Assembly (NCBI GenBank): GCA_010909165.1
Contig: MU008175.1
Coordinates: forward strand, 921,370 to 985,369
Reading direction: 5' to 3'
Source of the DNA: Anthoceros angustus
Lineage: Eukaryota; Plantae; Anthocerotophyta
DNA: 64,000 bases
A model generated the notes under the pieces. That model saw only the letters and a list, made by a program, of their open reading frames with translations, searched no databases and was not told the origin of the DNA. A program made the translations under genes and the position numbers. Below, in pieces: positions 12,686 to 24,372 of this stretch. The first letter of the stretch is position 1. Each line of letters begins with the position of its first letter.

Positions 12686-13228
12686 ATGACGCGATCGGTG
12701 TGGAAAGGCCCGTTCGCGGATGCCTGCATGTTCAAGCCCAAAAAGGGCAGCAGATGGTTGCTGTGGTCTCGTAGATCCTGTATCTTCCCGCAGTTTGTCG
12801 GTCAGAATGCGCATGTGTACAATGGGAAGAGCTTTGTGAGCGTGAAGATCACCGAGGACATGGTTGGCCACAAATTGGGGGAGTTCGCGGCCACGAGGAA
12901 AGTCCCGGTTCATCCCACCAAGGGAGGGAAAGGAGGAAAAGGGGGGGCAAAGGGAGGGAAGAAGGGATACTGCACTCAGGCCGATTCCACTGTACCACGT
13001 TCCGAGTTTGCTGCTACGGATTCTTTCCACAGGAGCCATTCTCTTTTCGGGATGTCAACTTGTGTTCCCCTCCAGGTTTCTGACCGTTTTGAAGGCCTGA
13101 GATGGAACCGGAGGCTCGTGCATGCTGCGTCCTCTGCTCCTGTTCCGGAGCTTTCGACTTTTAGGTCTGGTAAGCATGAGGCAGTGCCCTGTTTCCATCC
13201 GTGTAGGGAGTGGTGTGTTTCATACTAG
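12686..13228 (+). CDS. RPS19: Nuclear-located mitochondrial-type ribosomal protein S19 (uS19m); conserved core 12686-12964, intronless
   Basis: [48 protein letters not shown] are uS19 signature motifs, followed by a [14 protein letters not shown] tail. The ORF runs on to 13228 with unconserved sequence. Confidence 0.9.
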   Translation: MTRSVWKGPFADACMFKPKKGSRWLLWSRRSCIFPQFVGQNAHVYNGKSFVSVKITEDMVGHKLGEFAATRKVPVHPTKGGKGGKGGAKGGKKGYCTQADSTVPRSEFAATDSFHRSHSLFGMSTCVPLQVSDRFEGLRWNRRLVHAASSAPVPELSTFRSGKHEAVPCFHPCREWCVSY

Positions 13229-13967
13229 CAGTGGCCTTGCAGATAACGTGTTTTCGTGGAGGCTGCGAACGAAGTTGGCTTCTCAGATTGGCTCTCCCAT
13301 TGTTACGAGGTTCGGGGTGAGGATTTTGATGTCTTATATCTGCACATCCATGTTGGTTGCTGTTTTGTGAAATCTTTTGCTGGCCTTAACTTAGGCGGTG
13401 CCATTATGCAAACTGGGTTAACAATCCGTGTTGTATCCAGGCTGGACAGGGAGGGATCCCTGGAGTTGCTGGACTCAAAATGTTCACCTGAGCCACCTTG
13501 GTGGAAGAGCACGAGATGGATTTGGAACAGGTTGATGATGGCCTACCTGGAGAGAGTGAGCAGGCAGGGTCCAGGAGTTTCGGGAAAGCATTCAATAACC
13601 AATGGCTGAGATAATGGGTTGCAGGCTATGGGGGTAGGAAGCTCTTTGCGGTGCCAAACCGATGGAGCTCAGAGACTACCTTTGTGTTCAATCCAGAATG
13701 AACAGGCCGAAGAGGTGAAGCTCCAAGCTCAGGCCTCAAGTTCATCTGCAAACTCGTAGCGACATCTCTTGTAACCTCAAGCATGTCACTGTTATCAATT
13801 GGAGCCTCGATTGGCTCAAGAATATGTATAGTCTTACAGGTTGTTCTGCTTCTGTTTGCTTTCCTCAACCTTGTTCCCCAACTCCAGTACAGTGAGTCTC
13901 GGGAGAAGCAAACGTTTGAGACAAAATTGTCAAATGCTCTGCTGCAATGGGCAGCATCATAGTCTCA

Positions 13968-14844
13968 TCAGTTGCCGTCCGCACTCTGCCCCGCACGGAG
14001 ATTCTCTACCGTCTTCCTAAGGCTCTTCTCTCTCTGCGCTTCTCGCTTAGCAGCCTCCTCGTCAGTCAGCCGCCTGATGGGAAACCAGTCAGGCAAGCGC
14101 CACTCCTGAGCCGCTGGCTTCTCAATATCATCCAGGATGAGTTCCTCTCCACCTTGGTCGGGCAAAGTTGCCACAAAGTTACTCAGCCTGTACTCCCGCA
14201 GCTCATTAGCAGCAAGCTGCAAGCCCGTCCCAACGCCGGCAAACAGCAGCGCACAAGGAAGAGCCCTTGCAGGACCACCTGAGAAGGACACACAGCACAT
14301 GAGCTCGGGACGGCCACAGCGAATTGACACAACAGGCTGGGAGCGATTCCAACCTTGAAGCCGGCCCAGCAGAGCTCCACTGGCAAGGCCTCCAAGCAGA
14401 GCATTCACCAAGTCGTCAGGGTGCGCAGCACGCAGTTCTCGCACAAGCTCCTGGGCACCTGCAAGGCCGCTCTGGCATGACGAGGAAGCGATGGAAGCCC
14501 AAAAGTTGAGAAAGAGAGAAGAATGAGAACTCACAGCAGAAGCTGGCTGTGACCAGGGCGCCGTTGGAAGCAGCAGCTCCGGCCCATCTCACCGCACCCT
14601 GCCTCCTCACCAACCCCACAACCGAGCCCACGCCAGCTCCTACCGCGGCTGGAAACAATCCCACATGTTGCACGGGTGGCATGCTCCAAAACCACATCAA
14701 CGCAAGCAGAGGACGGAGCCATGAAGGATATTCACCTGCCGTGAGAGTGCGGGAGGCTATGCGCTGAGCCCAGCCTTGAGTGCCGGTGTAATCTGCCGGC
14801 CTCCTGGCCCGCGTGCGATCCGGCTGTGCGGCATCCGTTGCCAT
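13968..14844 (-). CDS. Tim17/Tim22/Tim23 (PRAT) family membrane protein, 4 exons
   Basis: Exons 14844-14736, 14648-14535, then from 14458. Gly-rich helices AVGAGVGSVVGL.., QELVRELRAAHPDDLVNALLGGLASGALLGRLQGGP.., and C-terminal LPDWFPIRRLTDEEAAKREA; canonical GT-AG introns. Confidence 0.8.
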
Positions 14845-14975
14845 GGTTGCATTTTAGAGCGACATGAGAGGAAATCGGTGCATCACACTTGTAGGCTGTG
14901 AAGTGCTGAAGAGAAAGTACACTATTCGCTTAGGGCTCCGCGGTAGTAGTGGGGAGAGCCAGACCTGACGGTGAC

Positions 14976-15623
14976 ATGGCGGGAGCTTTGGCGCAGAGCT
15001 GCGTCTCCACCGCGACGTTCCTGCCTGCCGTGGGCAAGCAAGCAGATGGAGCTGAAGGCGCCCGTTCCGTGAGCAGCGCGCGCTTCCCGGCGCGGAAGCC
15101 CGGGGGATTGCGCAAGCTGGCGCAGCAGCAGCCAGCGGCTCCGAGGCAGGCCGCGGCAAGGGCAGGCAACAGCAACAGCAGGAGCGGGGCCAGGAGCAGC
15201 AGCGAAAGCGGGAGCGGGAGAGCGGAATTCTACAAGGTGGAGGCGGTGGTGCGGCCCTGGAGGCTGAACCTGGTAGCTGCGGCGTTGCTGCGCGAGGGAA
15301 TTCGGGGCGTGACGGTGTCGGATGTGCGGGGCTTCGGGGCGCAGGGAGGCTCCCGGGAGCGCCAGGCCGGCTCCGAGTTCACCGAAGGCAGCTTCGTCAG
15401 CAAAGTGAAGCTGGAGATCGTGGTGTCCCAGGAGCAGGTGGAGACGGTTGTGGACATCATCATCGGCGAGGCCAGGACCGGGGAGATCGGCGACGGCAAG
15501 ATCTGGCTCACGCCAGTCGACGACATCATTCGCATCCGCACTGGAGAGCGGGGCCTGCAGGCGGAGCGCATGGCGGGCGGCCGAGCGGAGCTCCTTTCTT
15601 CGCAGCACTCCCCTTCTCTGTGA
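14976..15623 (+). CDS. GLB1: Plastid PII nitrogen-signalling protein with transit peptide, intronless
   Basis: FYKVEAVVRPWRL, VRGFGAQGG T-loop, KVKLEIVV, ARTGEIGDGKI, RIRTGERG, and plant Q-loop ERMAGG. Ala/Ser/Arg-rich N-terminus from ATG 14976. Confidence 0.96.
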   Translation: MAGALAQSCVSTATFLPAVGKQADGAEGARSVSSARFPARKPGGLRKLAQQQPAAPRQAAARAGNSNSRSGARSSSESGSGRAEFYKVEAVVRPWRLNLVAAALLREGIRGVTVSDVRGFGAQGGSRERQAGSEFTEGSFVSKVKLEIVVSQEQVETVVDIIIGEARTGEIGDGKIWLTPVDDIIRIRTGERGLQAERMAGGRAELLSSQHSPSL

Positions 15624-16941
15624 CTGCGCGCGTCCTTCGAATCGTCACCAGCCTGCTCCTCCTCGGCCTCCTCCGCGGCCGTAAACACCTCTTCGTGCGC
15701 AGCGTAAGTTAAAGGATGCGCGGATTGAGTAGAGGCCAGATTTTGCTGCGCGACTATGGACAATCTTTGCTACCTCGACTCCCTTCGTCGCTCTATGTTT
15801 TGCTCCGTACAATTTTCAAGGGCAATCTGTTCTTTCTTTCTGGTTCCAATCGTGTCTTAGTTTCGTCATTTTGGATCACCTGTGCATAGAGATGGGCAAA
15901 CTGTTACCTTCATCGACAGTACTCTTTTCTGCTATGCTCAGAATTCTGGTATCTGCAGTGGGGAATGTGGCCCTCAAGTTTTGCAGCGAACTTTGTTCTT
16001 GAGCAGAAATGTTAGGCACGAAAGAGTGTCGTCTCCCACTGGAGCACAACGAGGCGTCTTCGAAATGGGCCACCTGGGCCTACCGCACAACATCCATAGA
16101 CAGGACACGACAACAAAACCAAGCTTCACTGCAATGCAGCGGCCCGTATCTGAGCCTATGGTATATGCTATCACTTATCACCAATTGCATGTGCACTACA
16201 AGACGACGAGATTCAAGGGTCGAATCCGCTTGCAGGAGGCAGCAGCGCCCTGGATCCTGGGCAGCTGTCCGCGGCCCAGTTGCGGATCTAATCGAAGGCT
16301 GTACAGTTCGCTGACGACTCCAATTGAAAGGCTGTGATGGGCACATACATTTGTGATTGTGACAGGTATATATGTACCACGAAAGCCGATGTGTAGTTAC
16401 GTACATTTATCTACCAACATGACGTGAGGAGTTAAGACTGCAAACTGCAGCAATTGGTGTGCACCTGGAAATAAGGAAAAGGGCTTAGAGGCTGGAAGGA
16501 AAGGAAGGGAGATTCCGCCTGACAACCAATTGGCTAGTGAAATCAAGACTTTATAGCATCACGGATAATTTTTTTACACCACTTATCCACAGCGTTTTAT
16601 AAGCCCTTTGCTGCTATGTATGTACATATCTACATTTACAAACCTTTTCATCCGTAAATCAGAAGAGAAGCTTTGCGAATCTTCATCTAGTCATTTCAAT
16701 TGACGCAATAACAGTACGTAGGTAGTTCGTGACCTCTGTGTCGATGGTTGATGACCACGGAGAGTCAAAGTTAGCCGGGGCTGCTCGACTCAGAAAACAA
16801 TCTCACTAGAAAAGAATCTGGCAAAAACTACACCAGACAGGCTGTTGCCCCTTTATCGGTTGCCTGCCCTGAAAGAATCCGTGCCAAAGAATTGAGAGCC
16901 AAGCAGCCAGAGCGTCATTCGTGCTTTTGTATGCTGTCATG

Positions 16942-18237
16942 TCAACATCCAGCGAGGTACTCATCCTTCACAGATCGGCGGCGATTCATGAGTTGGGTTC
17001 TTGCTTTGCTGACGAAGGACGAGTGCAACCTCCTCTCCCTCTTGTCCATGCCTGGGGACTCCCGGGGAACGTAGTTGAATATGTGCTGCAGCAAGGGATT
17101 CTCCTGCATATGCTTCTGAAAGCCCTCTGCCAAATACTTGCGCAGGTAATTTAGCTGGATGGTCTGACCCCAAGTGCTGATCCTCAAGACATCCCCTTGC
17201 TTGAGCTTCACGACCGTCTCCCGACATTCACACCCATCTTCGATACTAGCCAAGAAGGAGCGGAAGGAGCTGGTATTCACCTTGGACAGACGCTCTTTCT
17301 TGGACTGCCGTGACTTACTCTCAGCGTCACTCAGTGAAACCATCAATGCCTTCATCTCATGCATCAACCCACAAAACTCCTTCCCCCGAGCAGCCCAGGC
17401 AACTTCATAATCGGGATCCCCAGAAGACCCTCCTCCTGCCACATCCTCCGGCAGCGCGGCAGCCTCGAACAGCAACCCCACAGCCTCCCCGGCAGTTTTC
17501 CGAACAGCCAAGTCTTCAGCTTCAACGAGGACAGCACACAGCGGAGGAAGCCCCAGCTTCACATAATGAACAACCCTGTACGAAGGCAGAGTCGTGAACA
17601 AAAGATTCCAAGCAGCCACAGCCGCTGCCTTAACCGTCCCCGACCCCTTCCCGGCCGCGATCTGCCACACCATCCCGATAACTCCACCCTCCGCCACAGC
17701 CACAGACCCCAGAGCCGACGCCTCCACATCCACATCCCCAGTGTAGGTCCCGATGAAAGACACCACCGCCAAACACTCCAACCCCGCCACGGAATTCCCC
17801 TTCACGAGCTTCAGCAACGGTGGGAAACACTCCTCCACCAAAAGCTTCAACCCTAAATCCCCTTCAGTGGCCACAGTGAGGGCCAAAAGCCCCAACGCCC
17901 TACAGGCCAGCGCCACCTCCGACGCCCCTCCCTTCTTCACGCAATTCACGAACCTCCCCACCAGGGTCTCGTACTTGTCCGGCACAAACTCCAACATCAA
18001 CCCCATATTACACGCCATCAGCGCAATCAACCCCCGCAAGCCCGCCTCCCTAATACTCCCCCGCTTCTCATACAACGCATCCACAAACCCATCAACCTGC
18101 GAGAAATCCCTGTCCTCCGCCTCCTCCTCCCCATCCGCGGAATACATGGACACGGTCTCGCCGGAGGAGACGGTGCTCATGGTCTCGTCATCCGTCTCCT
18201 CCCCCCGGGCCCGGCCCCTGCCTCCCCTGGGCGCCAT
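16942..18237 (-). CDS. IFRD1: Interferon-related developmental regulator (IFRD1/SAT32-like), intronless, 431 aa
   Basis: DALYEKRGSIREAGL, GASEVALACRALGLLALT, RKTAGEAVGLLFE, SKKERL..FRSFL, ISTWGQTIQLNYLRKYLAEGFQKHMQENPLLQHIF, SKARTQ..RR. Confidence 0.92.
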   Translation of the reverse strand: MAPRGGRGRARGEETDDETMSTVSSGETVSMYSADGEEEAEDRDFSQVDGFVDALYEKRGSIREAGLRGLIALMACNMGLMLEFVPDKYETLVGRFVNCVKKGGASEVALACRALGLLALTVATEGDLGLKLLVEECFPPLLKLVKGNSVAGLECLAVVSFIGTYTGDVDVEASALGSVAVAEGGVIGMVWQIAAGKGSGTVKAAAVAAWNLLFTTLPSYRVVHYVKLGLPPLCAVLVEAEDLAVRKTAGEAVGLLFEAAALPEDVAGGGSSGDPDYEVAWAARGKEFCGLMHEMKALMVSLSDAESKSRQSKKERLSKVNTSSFRSFLASIEDGCECRETVVKLKQGDVLRISTWGQTIQLNYLRKYLAEGFQKHMQENPLLQHIFNYVPRESPGMDKRERRLHSSFVSKARTQLMNRRRSVKDEYLAGC

Positions 18238-19396
18238 ACCTCCACCACTTCCTCACACCGCGCGAACCGCCCACCGAGCCCGAACCCAACAAATCCTCAC
18301 ACCGCACAAACCGCCCACCAAGCCCGAACACAGCAAATCCAAGCCTCGATCCGCCCCAACCGCCGCCCACCAACTACGTCCCTTGCTTCCCTCCGCATGG
18401 GCAATCGCACCCGCATCGGCAGCGAGCAGCCAACCCCGCATCCACGCAGGCGGCGCAGGAGCAGCAGGAGCGGAGTCGCGGCGCAGCCATCTACCAAGAA
18501 GACGAGACGCGGGAGTCGGCGGAGGCGAAGTTAAGGGATGCTTGATGCCGGGAATCTCTTCACGCTGCGATTCCTTACGGCGGCCGCCACGCTTCCCCTT
18601 CACAGTCCGGGACTCCGGCAGCCTAGGAGGAGGCGTGCGGATGCGGATGTAAGGCGGAGGCGGGAGAGCAATAGCCCAGGGACAGGGCCTTGATAGGCCC
18701 GGAACGCGTCCAGGCAACTTCCCGATCCGGGAACCACTCTCTGGCCGCCAGGTTGGCACAAAGCCTGGCCTTGAAACAACTCGTCGAACCCACGGCTGCT
18801 TCCTGCCGCATGCACGCAACGTGGTCCACAAGTGTCCTCCCTGCAACTTCCTTTGTTAGTCGTTAGTCCGAGCCGTAATGACCGGTAATGAACCACTATC
18901 TACACAACTAGTTTGGAGGCGACGCGAGTTTCGTGTACCTAGATGGCTTAGGTTGCACGGGGACTTCTTCAACTTCTTCCACTCAACAGTCTTCTACCTA
19001 TTATTATATATATACATATATAATAAAATATTTCAATTTAATAGAAAATTAAATTTTAATTATTATTATTTATTTTAGATTTAATATAATGACTTATTAG
19101 TTTATTTGAAATTTAAAAACTGATTAAGATAATTTTATCATTTTTAAAAAATTAAAACAATATAAAAACTTATAGAATTTTTGAGAGTATGGTATTAGAG
19201 GACCAGAATAAAAGAAGAAGAGTAAGATTGAGTGGAAAGAAGAAGTGATTAAAAGGGAACAAGTTACTATTTGTGTGATATGTTGCAAGAGAATGTCTAG
19301 GAGCTAGAAAATAGTAGTTGAATACAAGGGAATGTGTTTCATATGGAATGCCAATATTGTCACGGGCCATCTATATCTTTTTAGGGTTATGTATAG

Positions 19397-19930
19397 AAAG
19401 AAATAGTCCCGTCAGATACGTGGGGACTATTTCTTTATGCCACATATGAACACATCAGCGTTCGCTGCAGCCCACCGGTGTATCGATGTCGTCAACCTCA
19501 TGATGCACACAAACTTTTTTTCTGTTGCCCAATTGTGGTTAGGGTATCGATGTCGTCAACCTCATGATGCACACAAACTTTTTTTCTGTTGCCCAATTGT
19601 GGTTAGGGTTCCGCCAGCCACTACAAGCACGTTTGGTGACCGGTGTATCGACGACTCAAATGCTATGTGATGAAGGGGAGTGACGAGACATGAGACAAGG
19701 GGCCTTAAACCAGTGCCTAGGCTGAGCCTCTTATGCTGCACAATGCACAAGCCTTAGGTGCATGTTGTAGCCATTATCACGGAGAGCGAAGCCTTTACGT
19801 GAGAGCGCAACCTGCACGCAAACCAAACTTGCCGAAATAAATTGTGTATGAAGCCAAACTTGCCGAAATAAATTGTGTATGTGTGCACTGCTGCATGTAA
19901 ACATGTGTGTGTGGTGATCATAACCCTAAA
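19397..19930. repeat. AT-rich island with hairpin and local tandem duplications
   Basis: 14-bp perfect stem AAAGAAATAGTCCC/GGGACTATTTCTTT (19397-19436), 64-bp direct duplication (19480-19543 / 19544-19607), about 31-bp duplication near 19823-19881, telomere-like TAACCCTAAAACCTAAA near 19921. Confidence 0.75.
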
Positions 19931-20546
19931 ACCTAAAGAACAAAACTTCTGCATGACACAATGACAACACCAGGCCAAAAGTGTGTGATAGGAATGTGTC
20001 ATGATGGGAACACTTGGCCAAAAGTGTATGATAGAAAGTTTTTTTGCCCGCGTACGACCTACCGAGACCGATGTGGTGCCGTATATTTTACAAGGAATCT
20101 TGAATATGCCATGGCATAATTGAATACAGTACAGCAAAAAAAAAATGTCACACAATCAATGGCCCGTGACAAATCGGTATTCCATATATTCAGCAATCAA
20201 AAGACTTCAACTATTGGGTCTTTGGAAGTTGGTCGCTTTTAATTACTATGATGGATATTTTTATTGATATCATCTGAATTGAAATGGGTAATGTGAACAA
20301 TAACCAAAGAATCAAAGAAGCGGAAGGTCGCGGTGAGTGATTGATCATGCTCATAGTTCACGCAGGTTAGCTCATTTCTAGGGCTTGCAGGGGTCTAAGT
20401 GTCGGCAGCGCGGGCGAAAGGTGTGCTCTTGCAGGATGGGTGACGCGGGAATGCCAGGCAACGAAGGCGTTGCACAGACGAAACGAGATACCGTAGCGGC
20501 GCGTGCTGGGTGAAGGCACTGACGGAAGGCGGGGATTGGAGAGGCG

Positions 20547-22376
20547 ATGGATTTGCTGGTAGACTATTCGGACGAGAGTCAGGATGATGGCAGAGCGGCT
20601 GCGGAGCAGGAGCAGGATGAAGCCACCAGCTCAGGACGCAGCATGGACGTGGACCCCCCCGGGTCGCCTGATTCTCCTGTGCGGCTCATGGCCCCTCTTA
20701 AGTCTTGTGCTCCGGCAGTGGCCGACTCTCTGGCCTTGTACAATCCCAAGGGGAGTCTGCCCACCGACTGGAGGCGGCCTGTCGACCCGGCGCAGCACAA
20801 GGTGAACTTCAACCCTACCTATGACCAGCTGTGGGCGCCGATTGCGGGGCCTGCGCATCCCTTCGCCAAGGACGGGATGGCGCAGGGGATGCGGAATCAC
20901 AAGCTGGGGTACGTGGAGGATGCCGCCATCGCGCCCTTCATGTTTGACGAGCAGTATAATACATTTCACTCCTACGGGTATGCCGCGGACCCGGCGGGGT
21001 TGGTAGGGTTGAATCTAGTGGGGGACGTGGATGCCAGCGCCAAGAACGAGGGGGCTACTGTGTACAGTGTTAGGCAGAAGGAGCAGAGGAAGAGGAAGGC
21101 GGAGAGGAGGATGCAGAAGGAGAAGGAGCTTGGCGGTGAAGCGGAGGCGGAGGCACAGGCAGGGGAAGAGGGGAAGGAAGGAGAGGAGCCGGACAAGTTT
21201 AACCCCGCAACGGAAGAGTGGCTGCTGAAAAACAGCAAGAGCCCCTGGTCGGGAAAAAAGGAGGGTTTGCAAGGAGAGCTGACGGAGGAGCAGAAGAAAT
21301 ATGCGGAAGAGCACGAGCTGAAGAAGACTGAGAAGGACCGAGTCGAGAAGGTGGAGATGGAGGATAAGAGTACTTTCCACGGGAAGGAGGAGCGAGATTA
21401 TCAGGGCAGGTCATGGATAGAGGCCCCCAAAGATGTGAAGGCCACTAACGACCACTGTTACATTCCCAAGCGCTGGATCCATACGTGGAGCGGTCACACT
21501 AAAGGAGTGGCGGCCATACGGTTCTTCCCTAAGTCTGGCCATCTGCTTCTTTCAGGCAGTATGGATACCAAGATCAAGATCTGGGATGTTCATGGGAGTG
21601 GCAAGTGCATGAGGACGTACATGGGACATTCTAAGGCTGTCCGGGACATATCGTTCAACAACGATGGTACCAGGTTTCTTAGTGCTAGCTACGATAGGAA
21701 GATCAAGCTGTGGGATACGGAGACAGGAAAGGTGATATCATCCTTCACCACAGGGAAGATACCGTATGTAGTCAAATTTAATCCTGACAGTGATAAGCAG
21801 AACGTGCTGCTAGCAGGCATGAGTGACAAGAAGATTGTGCAGTGGGACATGACATCTGGGGAAATCACTCAGGAGTATGACCAGCATCTGGGCGCTGTGA
21901 ACACCATCACGTTTGTGGACGACAACAGGAGGTTTGTGACATCCAGTGACGACAAGTCTTTGAGGGTGTGGGAGTTTGGGATTCCAGTGGTGATCAAGTA
22001 CATCAGCGAGCCTCACATGCACTCCATGCCGTCCATCACTGTCCATCCAAATACAAACTGGTTTGCAGCTCAGAGTCTGGACAATCAGATTCTGATTTAC
22101 AGCACAAGGGAGCGGTTCCGGCTGAACAAGAAGAAGAGGTTTGCTGGGCACATTGTGGCAGGGTTTGCATGTCAGGTGAATTTCTCGCCTGATGGTAGGT
22201 TCATAATGTCAGGCGACGGTGAGGGTAGGTGCTGGTTTTGGGACTGGAAAACTTGCAAGGTGTTTCGGACTCTCAAGTGCCACGAAAGTGTATGCATCGG
22301 AGCTGAGTGGCACCCACTGGAGCAGAGCAAGGTGGCCACCTGTGGATGGGATGGCCAAATCAAGTTTTGGGATTAG
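20547..22376 (+). CDS. CDC40: Pre-mRNA processing factor 17 (CDC40/PRP17), WD40, intronless, 609 aa
   Basis: [51 protein letters not shown], seven WD repeats ending [14 protein letters not shown]. Confidence 0.97.
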   Translation: MDLLVDYSDESQDDGRAAAEQEQDEATSSGRSMDVDPPGSPDSPVRLMAPLKSCAPAVADSLALYNPKGSLPTDWRRPVDPAQHKVNFNPTYDQLWAPIAGPAHPFAKDGMAQGMRNHKLGYVEDAAIAPFMFDEQYNTFHSYGYAADPAGLVGLNLVGDVDASAKNEGATVYSVRQKEQRKRKAERRMQKEKELGGEAEAEAQAGEEGKEGEEPDKFNPATEEWLLKNSKSPWSGKKEGLQGELTEEQKKYAEEHELKKTEKDRVEKVEMEDKSTFHGKEERDYQGRSWIEAPKDVKATNDHCYIPKRWIHTWSGHTKGVAAIRFFPKSGHLLLSGSMDTKIKIWDVHGSGKCMRTYMGHSKAVRDISFNNDGTRFLSASYDRKIKLWDTETGKVISSFTTGKIPYVVKFNPDSDKQNVLLAGMSDKKIVQWDMTSGEITQEYDQHLGAVNTITFVDDNRRFVTSSDDKSLRVWEFGIPVVIKYISEPHMHSMPSITVHPNTNWFAAQSLDNQILIYSTRERFRLNKKKRFAGHIVAGFACQVNFSPDGRFIMSGDGEGRCWFWDWKTCKVFRTLKCHESVCIGAEWHPLEQSKVATCGWDGQIKFWD

Positions 22377-22763
22377 TCTTCGGTTTCCGAAGCTGCTGTG
22401 TAGGATATGTAGGTAGGTAGTTTTGACTGTTCTGCTTGTGTTTCCATGCTGACAAAATGGCAAAGATACCAGTTGGGCATCATCCTCTCGTTATGCATCC
22501 CAAGCCTTTGCACCTAGTTCCACATGAACAACGAAAGTGATGCTCACATCGAACGTTGTGCTACTTTGTAGAACAATAAAATGACGCTCTAAATTAGTCC
22601 CCGGGATTAATAGACCGGGTTTACATCAATTATGGGTCGAACCAGATTGAGAGAAGGAATACACCCGTCTTCCTGATGTTCGAAGGATAGCAGGCCTCTC
22701 CTCTCCTGTCCATAGGAAAAATTCTATCAATCCATGTCAGGTGTACTAATAAATAATCAGTCT

Positions 22764-24372
22764 TCACACGTTCCTGGCATATAAGGCCTGCGGCAGGCGG
22801 GGAGTGGCTACTGCTTCTAAGGATTTGGCCATGTAGGTGACGATCCCGGATCGTTCTTCCAAACTGATATCCTCTGCCCTGACTCCCTCAGGCGGGGACC
22901 AAGAGAATTGGTGCAGCAGGCGGCCGATCATGAGCTCAACCATGTTGAGCCCGAGCTGAGCACCTGGACACACCCTCCTGCCTGCCCCGAAAGGAAGCAA
23001 CCTGAAGTCATGGCCCTTGATGTCCACATCCTGCTCCAGGAACCTCTCAGGCCTGAATGCCAGGGGCTCCTTCCACACAGCAGGATCCCTGGCAATGACA
23101 TAGATGTTACAATGCACAACGGTGCCCTTGGGGATGTCGTAGCCCTGAATCTTCACGTCCTCGGTGCACTTGTGGGGCAGCATGAGCGGGGTGGGCGGGT
23201 GCAGCCGCAGGGCTTCCTTAGTCAGAGCCGTGAGGTAAGGCAACTTGGAGAAGTGAGCCTCCGTGAGCACAGTCTCTTCCCCGATCACCGCGTCCAGCTC
23301 CTCCTGCGCCTTCCTCTGCACCTCAGGATTCTTGATCAGCTCCGCCAGGGCCCACTCCACCGTGATGGCCACCGTGTCCATCCCCGCCGTCACCATGTCC
23401 TGCCATCGCCCACAACCCAAATCAGCTCACCCACATGAAAACAAGCCCAGACAAGTCCAGCCAAGCAAGCTGCTCAATCTCTCCACCCACCCAGAGGAGC
23501 CCGATGATGGTGGTCTCGGTGAGGTCGTACTGCTTCTGCAGCCCCAGGAGCGCGTCCACGAAATGGGACTGCGGCCCCAGGGTCTCCCGCAGGGCCGCGT
23601 GCTCCTTCATGATGGTCCTGGTGAGGGCATCCCGCCTGGCCCCGTGCTTCGCGAATTCCTCGTTCTGCAGCGGGAACATCCACCGGATGGACGGGATGTG
23701 CTCCGAGATCTTCAACGACGCCCCAAGCTTCATCCCCTGCCCGATCACCTCCTTGAACTCCACCCCCTGACTATCAACCTTCCCCTCGTCGTCCACGAAC
23801 CGCTTCCCAAACGCGAGGCGCGTGATGTTGTTGAATGCTACCGCAGAGAGGTACTTCTTGGGATTGACAGGACCCTTGGCCGCGTCCCGGTGGATCTTGT
23901 GCACCATGGCCGACACCTCATCCTGCCGGATAGGCCGCAGGGCTTCCAGCCGCTTTGGCGTGAACAGCTCCAGGTTACACACCTTCCGCACCTTCACGTA
24001 ATGCGGGCCGAAGTCGGCCCAGATGAGGTCCTGCCCGTCCCGGCTGAACTTGGCCGCGGCCCGCGACCGCGCGCGGGCCGCCAGCGACTGGTCCTTGTCC
24101 TTCAACACCTCCTTGGCGCCCTCCGCAGACGACACCACCACGTTCAACGTTGCTCCCATCCACACCGACATCACCGGCCCGTACACCTTCGCCCATTGCT
24201 CGAAGCACTTGAATCGCACCGCCGTCACGTCCAGCAGGTTCCCCACAAACAGCCGCGGCTTCGGTCCCGGGGGAAGCTTGTAGCGAGACCACCTCGCCCT
24301 GTACAACACAAACCCCGCCGCCACAGCCACGGCGATCAGCGCCAATACCGCCCGCACCACCACCTCCGCCAT
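22764..24372 (-). CDS. CYP98A: Cytochrome P450 CYP98A (p-coumaroyl ester/amide 3'-hydroxylase type), 2 exons, 505 aa
   Basis: Exons 24372-23491 and 23399-22764, phase-0 intron in GLLW|[15 protein letters not shown] hinge, [42 protein letters not shown], heme motif [11 protein letters not shown]. Confidence 0.95.

Noticed and set aside
13256-13870. ORFs downstream of rps19
   Set aside because: No recognisable homology; lies between convergent genes and is probably UTR.
14976-15623. Bacterial horizontal transfer of intronless PII (and of PIP)
   Set aside because: PII has a transit peptide and plant Q-loop; PIP has plant-type motifs. Intron loss or retroposition is simpler.
19480-19609. Direct repeats as a possible CRISPR array (also 49038-49170)
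   Set aside because: Head-to-tail duplications without unique spacers, eukaryotic context, no cas genes.
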